IMG/VR virus record: IMGVR_UViG_3300025103_000111
Span: 1 to 29,087 of that record
Strand: one strand, 5' to 3'
From: a virus
Lineage: Duplodnaviria; Caudoviricetes
Length of the DNA stretch: 29,087 nucleotides
Positions 24,251-29,087 of this stretch are shown piece by piece. Made by a program: the position numbers and the translations under genes. Under the pieces are notes generated by a model. It did no database searches, was not told the origin of the DNA, and was given only the letters and a program-made list of their open reading frames with translations. Each line of letters opens with the position of its first letter. Position 1 is the stretch's first letter.

Positions 24251-26652
24251 TGCTACACAGACAGAAACTTTTAGAAGACGAGATGATAACTCTAGGTGTT
24301 AAGAGGTATCGTCATGAGAATACAGAAGCTAAGAAAGGTAAACATGAGTCTACTACTCCTGCTGGTATTCAATTTATTCGTAAAGGTTGTGGGAAAATAA
24401 GTAAAGCTTTAGATAAACTTAAGCTAGACTTCATCAAGGGTGAACCTGTCCAATGTGAAAAAGAAGTAATGGAGCTACTTACTAACTCTGTGTCTTCTGA
24501 GGTAGTAGCTTTCTTAGCTCTTAAGGCTTGTGTTAACCACTTGTCTACTCCAGTTAAACTAGTCAAAGTAGCTTTAGAGATAGGCTCATTCATAGAAGAT
24601 GAAACAAGGTTTAGAGCCTTTGCTAAAGAGAACGCACCTTTATTTGGTGTGGTTACTAGAGACTTATCTAAGAGGACTACCAACTATAGGAAACAAAAGA
24701 GAGTCCTAGTACACTCAGCTAACAAAGCTGGTATCCAGTGGCATAACTGGTTAACCTCAGATAAAACCAGGATGGGAGTGTTACTTGTCAAGATGGTCTG
24801 TGAGTATACTAAATTATTTGAGATTAAGAAGCATACCAATGATAACCATAAGAAATTTAAAAAGGTGTACTGGTTAGAAGCTACTGAGGCTAGTCTTAAA
24901 TGGATAGATAATAAAAACAGTGTATGTGAACTCTTATCTCCGGTGAAGATGCCCTGTTTAATCTATCCTAGAAAGTGGGACAGTGTATACACAGGTGGCT
25001 ACTACCAGTACACCAAAATGAACTTAGTTAAATCTTCAGATGCTACATATCTTCAACAATTAGATAATACTAATTTAAAGGAGGTGTTTCATGCAACTAA
25101 TATCGTACAAGGAACAGGGTGGAGAATTAACAGTAAAGTCTTTGAGGTTATGGAAGCCTTATATGACAGTGAATCAGTGTGTCAGGTTATCCCTGAATCT
25201 GGACAAAGACACATGGAAGAGCCATACCCTAAAACAGGGACAAAGGAAGAGATAATAGAATGGAAAAGAAGAGCTACACTATTACATTCAGAGAATGTCA
25301 GGTTAAAAACAAAGCGTATACAGTTTGCTCAACTAATGTGGATGACCAGGAAGTTCAAGGATGAGAAAGCTATCTATTTCCCTCATACCTTGGACTTTCG
25401 TGGACGTATGTATGCCAACACAGCCTTCCTCAATCCCCAAGGTGAGGATTCCGCAAAAGGCTTGCTGGAATTTGCTACGGGAAAAGCTTTGGGTTCTACA
25501 GGACTCGCATGGCTCAAGGTACACGTCAGCAATACTTGGGGGTTTGATAAAGCATCCTTGGAAGAAAGATTAGAATGGACAGAGGATAACGAGGACATGA
25601 TACAGCGTGTTGGTGTCGATCCTCTTAGAAGCCGTGAATGGATGGAAGCAGATAAGCCTTGGCAATTCCTTAGGGCTTGCTTTGAGTATGTTTGTTGTAA
25701 TAACAATGAGGACTATGTTTCTCATCTTCCAGTTACGGTGGATGGTAGTTGCAACGGTCTCCAGCATTTTTCTGCTATGCTTAGAGATGATGTTGGAGGC
25801 TCTGCAACTAACCTTATCAACCATGATCAACCAGAGGACATCTATGAAATTGTCAGAAAAGAAGCAGAGAATGGAGTGGTTCTGGACGGTAATCCTGATT
25901 TTACTCTATGGGGTTCTGGTGGTTGTCTATCTCGTGCCATTGTTAAACGTCCAGTAATGACTACTCCTTATGGTGCTACACTATATGGAATGAGAGATCA
26001 AATACATGAAGAACTTAAAAAGCAGTTGGATAAGGGCACAGTATTTCCAGGTATTGACAGTGGTACTGATCTTTGGCCTCATTGTAAATATCTGGCTCTT
26101 CATATTTATGAAGCTATCGGTAGAGTTGTTGTCTCTTCTAGGTTAGGTATGAAGTGGCTACAAGATGTAGCTAAAGCTTCTAACAAGTTGAAGAGACCTA
26201 TATACTGGACTCTTCCTACTGGATTTGTAGTTAAGCAAAAGTACATAAGGTCTGTAGTAAAAGAAATTAAGACTATAATCAATGGACGTATGGCTTCTTT
26301 GTTTGCAGGAAATAGTGATGCTGAGAAGATGCACAATTTTAGACAAGTCAATGGTATTGCTCCGAACTTTGTTCATAGCTTAGATGCCTGTCACCTTATG
26401 AAAACTGTGATTAGTGCAAAGGATAATCATGGTATTGAATCGTTTGCTGTAGTACATGATTCTTTTGGTACTCATGCCTGTGACATTGAACAACTAGGTA
26501 TAGTACTCAGAGAAACCTTTGTAGATATTTATGAAAAAGATATATTGAAAAAATTTATGGAAGAACAGGGAGACTTAGATTTGCCAAGTCTTCCTGAGTA
26601 TGGTAATCTAAATGTTGAGGAAGTGAAAGATGCAGAGTTCTTTTTTAGCTAA
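24235..26652 (+). CDS. Single-subunit phage DNA-directed RNA polymerase (T7 gp1-like)
   Basis: DFRGRMY, motif A DGSCNGLQH, motif B RAIVKRPVMTTPYG, PNFVHSLDA, motif C VHDSF and C-terminal FFFS. Exact start uncertain. Confidence 0.98.
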   Translation: MGIAIVLHRQKLLEDEMITLGVKRYRHENTEAKKGKHESTTPAGIQFIRKGCGKISKALDKLKLDFIKGEPVQCEKEVMELLTNSVSSEVVAFLALKACVNHLSTPVKLVKVALEIGSFIEDETRFRAFAKENAPLFGVVTRDLSKRTTNYRKQKRVLVHSANKAGIQWHNWLTSDKTRMGVLLVKMVCEYTKLFEIKKHTNDNHKKFKKVYWLEATEASLKWIDNKNSVCELLSPVKMPCLIYPRKWDSVYTGGYYQYTKMNLVKSSDATYLQQLDNTNLKEVFHATNIVQGTGWRINSKVFEVMEALYDSESVCQVIPESGQRHMEEPYPKTGTKEEIIEWKRRATLLHSENVRLKTKRIQFAQLMWMTRKFKDEKAIYFPHTLDFRGRMYANTAFLNPQGEDSAKGLLEFATGKALGSTGLAWLKVHVSNTWGFDKASLEERLEWTEDNEDMIQRVGVDPLRSREWMEADKPWQFLRACFEYVCCNNNEDYVSHLPVTVDGSCNGLQHFSAMLRDDVGGSATNLINHDQPEDIYEIVRKEAENGVVLDGNPDFTLWGSGGCLSRAIVKRPVMTTPYGATLYGMRDQIHEELKKQLDKGTVFPGIDSGTDLWPHCKYLALHIYEAIGRVVVSSRLGMKWLQDVAKASNKLKRPIYWTLPTGFVVKQKYIRSVVKEIKTIINGRMASLFAGNSDAEKMHNFRQVNGIAPNFVHSLDACHLMKTVISAKDNHGIESFAVVHDSFGTHACDIEQLGIVLRETFVDIYEKDILKKFMEEQGDLDLPSLPEYGNLNVEEVKDAEFFFS

Positions 26653-26896
26653 TTCAAATGTAAAGAATGTATCGGCAGGAATGATGGCAGTAGTTGATTC
26701 GATACATAACTTTAGTAAGGCAGAAAGACACGCTATAATTCTTAGTGTGTTTAATTGTTTGTATAACAATAAACTTGAAGAGTTGTACAGCGTTGCAGAT
26801 GTAATGCTGATGGTAGACACAATGAGAGAAGAGTGCAAACGCACAAAGGTTCCCGAATTTGGGGGAGCTGAACGCTACATCAAAGGAGAATTATAA
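26630..26896 (+). CDS. Hypothetical protein
   Basis: 88 aa between RNAP and SSB, GAGG upstream, TAATG coupling to SSB. Confidence 0.65.
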   Translation: MQSSFLANSNVKNVSAGMMAVVDSIHNFSKAERHAIILSVFNCLYNNKLEELYSVADVMLMVDTMREECKRTKVPEFGGAERYIKGEL

Positions 26897-27462
26897 TGGC
26901 AAAACAAAAGTTTGATACCCATGTTTCACCAGCTGGAATAGCAGTATACCCTTGGCTTAACAAGCCTGATACTAAGTTTGATGCTGATGGTGTATACTCA
27001 GTTAAACTTATCTTTGACAAGGCTGCAACTAAGAAGATTAGTGACGTAGTAAAGCCACTCATGAATGGTGGTAAAAACAACCCTATTAAACCTGAGTTAG
27101 ATGATCAGGGAGAAAAGACAGGGAAGTATGTTGCTAACTTTAAGATGAAAGCTCATGTCAGGACTAAAGGTGGTGATGAGTGGGATCAAAAGCCCATCCT
27201 GGTGGACTCTAACGGTAATCGTATGATTGCTGCCATAGGTGGTGGAAGTAAACTGCAAGTAGCATACGAAGCTGTACCTTATGATGCTATGGGTGGTGGT
27301 GTTAGTTTGAGAATGAAGAAGGTACGAGTGCTTGACCTCGTAGAGTATGAGTCTAAAGCTGATGGTACAGATTGGGGTGCAGAGAAGGGTAGTTATGTAG
27401 CACCTAAAGATGAATTTAAAGAAGCAGAGGAAGCAGTAGATGAAGATGAAGAAGACTTCTAG
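26896..27462 (+). CDS. Single-stranded DNA-binding protein (gp2.5-like)
   Basis: YPWLNKPDTKF, IGGGS, GVSLR and an acidic tail ending in Phe (DEDEEDF). Confidence 0.92.
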   Translation: MAKQKFDTHVSPAGIAVYPWLNKPDTKFDADGVYSVKLIFDKAATKKISDVVKPLMNGGKNNPIKPELDDQGEKTGKYVANFKMKAHVRTKGGDEWDQKPILVDSNGNRMIAAIGGGSKLQVAYEAVPYDAMGGGVSLRMKKVRVLDLVEYESKADGTDWGAEKGSYVAPKDEFKEAEEAVDEDEEDF

Positions 27463-27868
27463 TAGTCAGTTGCGTAGGGGTATGATAGAGGGATATCGTT
27501 CTGGACTTGAAGCCTCAGTAGGAGAGCAACTTAATTCTGCTAAGGTTAGATGGGAGTATGAGTCTGAACGTATCCCATATACTCCTAGATCAAGAACTTA
27601 TACTCCTGATTTTATAGTTAAGGGTCAGGCAGTTAAGTTCTATGTAGAAACTAAGGGTAGGTTTCTTGGGTCAGACAGGACTAAACACCTTCTGCTCAAG
27701 GAGCAACACCCTCAGTTGGATATAAGGTTTGTCTTTACTAACCCGAATCAAAAACTATACAAGGGAGCCAAGACAACATATGGAGAGTGGTGCGAAAAAC
27801 ATGGATTTAGCTTTTCCAAAGGAAGCATACCAGACAGTTGGCTCAGAGAGTGTCTGCCTGAGGCATGA
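27440..27868 (+). CDS. Endonuclease I / Holliday junction resolvase (gp3-like)
   Basis: YRSGLE, YTPDF, VETKG, DIRFVF and TYGEWC motifs. Confidence 0.95.
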   Translation: MKMKKTSSSQLRRGMIEGYRSGLEASVGEQLNSAKVRWEYESERIPYTPRSRTYTPDFIVKGQAVKFYVETKGRFLGSDRTKHLLLKEQHPQLDIRFVFTNPNQKLYKGAKTTYGEWCEKHGFSFSKGSIPDSWLRECLPEA

Positions 27869-29087
27869 ACCCTGTCCTTCCTGTGGATCAAAAGATAACT
27901 TAGCGAGGTATGATGATGGACACGCTTTCTGCTTTAGTATTGACTGTGATCATTATGAGCATAGTGATCGTAGCCCTTCTAGCAATAATCAGAACAAACC
28001 AAAAAAGAATAAAGGAACTTTTACTCCAATTAGAGGCGAGTTCAAAGAGATTCCAAAGAGAAAAATATCGGAATCTACTTGTAGGAAGTTCGGGTATAAG
28101 ATTGGAAAATACGAAGGAAAGTCTGCCCACCTTGCAACGTTTATCAGAGACGGAGTAGTAGTAGGTCAGAAGGTTAGACTTAAGGGTAAAGAGTTTAGGA
28201 CTCTAGGTGATTGCTCTGATCTTTGGGGTCAACACCTGTGGAGTAGTGGTAAAAAGATATGTATATCTACAGGAGAACTAGATGCTCTCAGTATTGCAGA
28301 AGCTCAGAACTGTAAGTGGCCTGTGGTCTCTATTCCAAATGGTGACAAGTCTGCAAAAAAAGTTGTTGCAAAAAATTTGGAGTGGTTGCTTGGCTTTGAA
28401 GAAACGGTACTCATGTTTGACATGGATAAGTCAGGCCAGAGAGCAGCTCAAGAGGTGGCTGAACTCTTCCCACCAGGACGTTGCAAGATTGCCAGATTGG
28501 GAAAGAAGGATGCGAGTGACGTACTATGTGAAGAAGGAGGATCAGCTGTAGTCGATGCTATCTGGAGAGCTAGAGTACATAGACCAGATGGTATCATAGC
28601 TGGAGCTGACACATGGGATTTAGTTAACTGCCCTATGTCTGCTAGTGACCATGAGTATCCTTGGCAAGGACTTAATGATAAAACTTTAGGAGCTAGAAAA
28701 GGTGAAATTGTTACATTCTGTGCTGGAACTGGTGCTGGTAAATCTACAGCTGTTAAAGAAATCGCTTCTTATCTTCTCAGTAAAGGTGAGACTGTCGGTT
28801 ATATTGCATTGGAGGAATCTGTTAGACAAGCTGCCGTAGACTTTATGTCTATTGAAGCTAACATGATGTTACATTTAGAAAAGGACTTAGATGAGGAGTT
28901 TAGAAGGGCTATATGGGAAAAGGTATTTGCAGATAACAGATTATATCTGTATGATCATTGGGGGAGTTTAGATGCTGACGTTTTGGCTAGTCGTATTCGT
29001 TATCTCGTTCACTCCTGCAATGTGTCTTGGATTGTTCTTGATCATCTCAGTATTATGGTCAGCGGAATTGAAGGTGGAGATGAAAGA
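27801..29087 (+). CDS. Primase-helicase (gp4-like), truncated by the window end; not in ORF track
   Basis: Manual translation gives Zn ribbon HEPCPSCGSKDN...GHAFCFSIDC, TOPRIM MFDMD and KDASD, Walker A AGTGAGKST, ALEES and VLDHLS. Confidence 0.95.
   Translation, partial: MDLAFPKEAYQTVGSESVCLRHEPCPSCGSKDNLARYDDGHAFCFSIDCDHYEHSDRSPSSNNQNKPKKNKGTFTPIRGEFKEIPKRKISESTCRKFGYKIGKYEGKSAHLATFIRDGVVVGQKVRLKGKEFRTLGDCSDLWGQHLWSSGKKICISTGELDALSIAEAQNCKWPVVSIPNGDKSAKKVVAKNLEWLLGFEETVLMFDMDKSGQRAAQEVAELFPPGRCKIARLGKKDASDVLCEEGGSAVVDAIWRARVHRPDGIIAGADTWDLVNCPMSASDHEYPWQGLNDKTLGARKGEIVTFCAGTGAGKSTAVKEIASYLLSKGETVGYIALEESVRQAAVDFMSIEANMMLHLEKDLDEEFRRAIWEKVFADNRLYLYDHWGSLDADVLASRIRYLVHSCNVSWIVLDHLSIMVSGIEGGDER

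Noticed and set aside
24369-27080. Alternative-frame and antisense ORFs in the RNAP/SSB region
   Set aside because: They lie within or across well-supported genes and have no independent evidence.
27900-28551. Track ORFs 27900-28130, 27910-28158 and 28282-28551
   Set aside because: They overlap the true primase-helicase frame starting at 27801, which the track omitted because it has no stop in the window.

Overview
This is a 29 kb segment of a T7-like (Autographiviridae-type) phage genome, with essentially all real genes on the + strand. The AT-rich sequence and gene content resemble marine podoviruses, but the host cannot be determined from the sequence. The window crosses the late-to-early junction. 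It contains the end of the virion module (tail tubular B, internal virion proteins, tail fibre), an accessory five-gene cassette with two six-bladed Kelch-like repeat paralogs, a lysis-like cluster of small membrane proteins, and the small and large terminase. A non-coding probable genome-end/early-promoter region (about 18.57-19.04 kb) follows. After it come about 20 small early genes (including Gp88-like, Zn-finger and 2OG-Fe(II) oxygenase genes), the single-subunit RNA polymerase, SSB, endonuclease I and a truncated primase-helicase. The most notable observations are the post-tail-fibre Kelch-like cassette, a Glu-to-Thr substitution at the primase TOPRIM catalytic position, a lysozyme-like domain on the gp15-position protein, several long G-U-containing hairpins in the early region, and reiterated translation-initiation elements. 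All family assignments come from motif recognition and synteny; no database searches were run.
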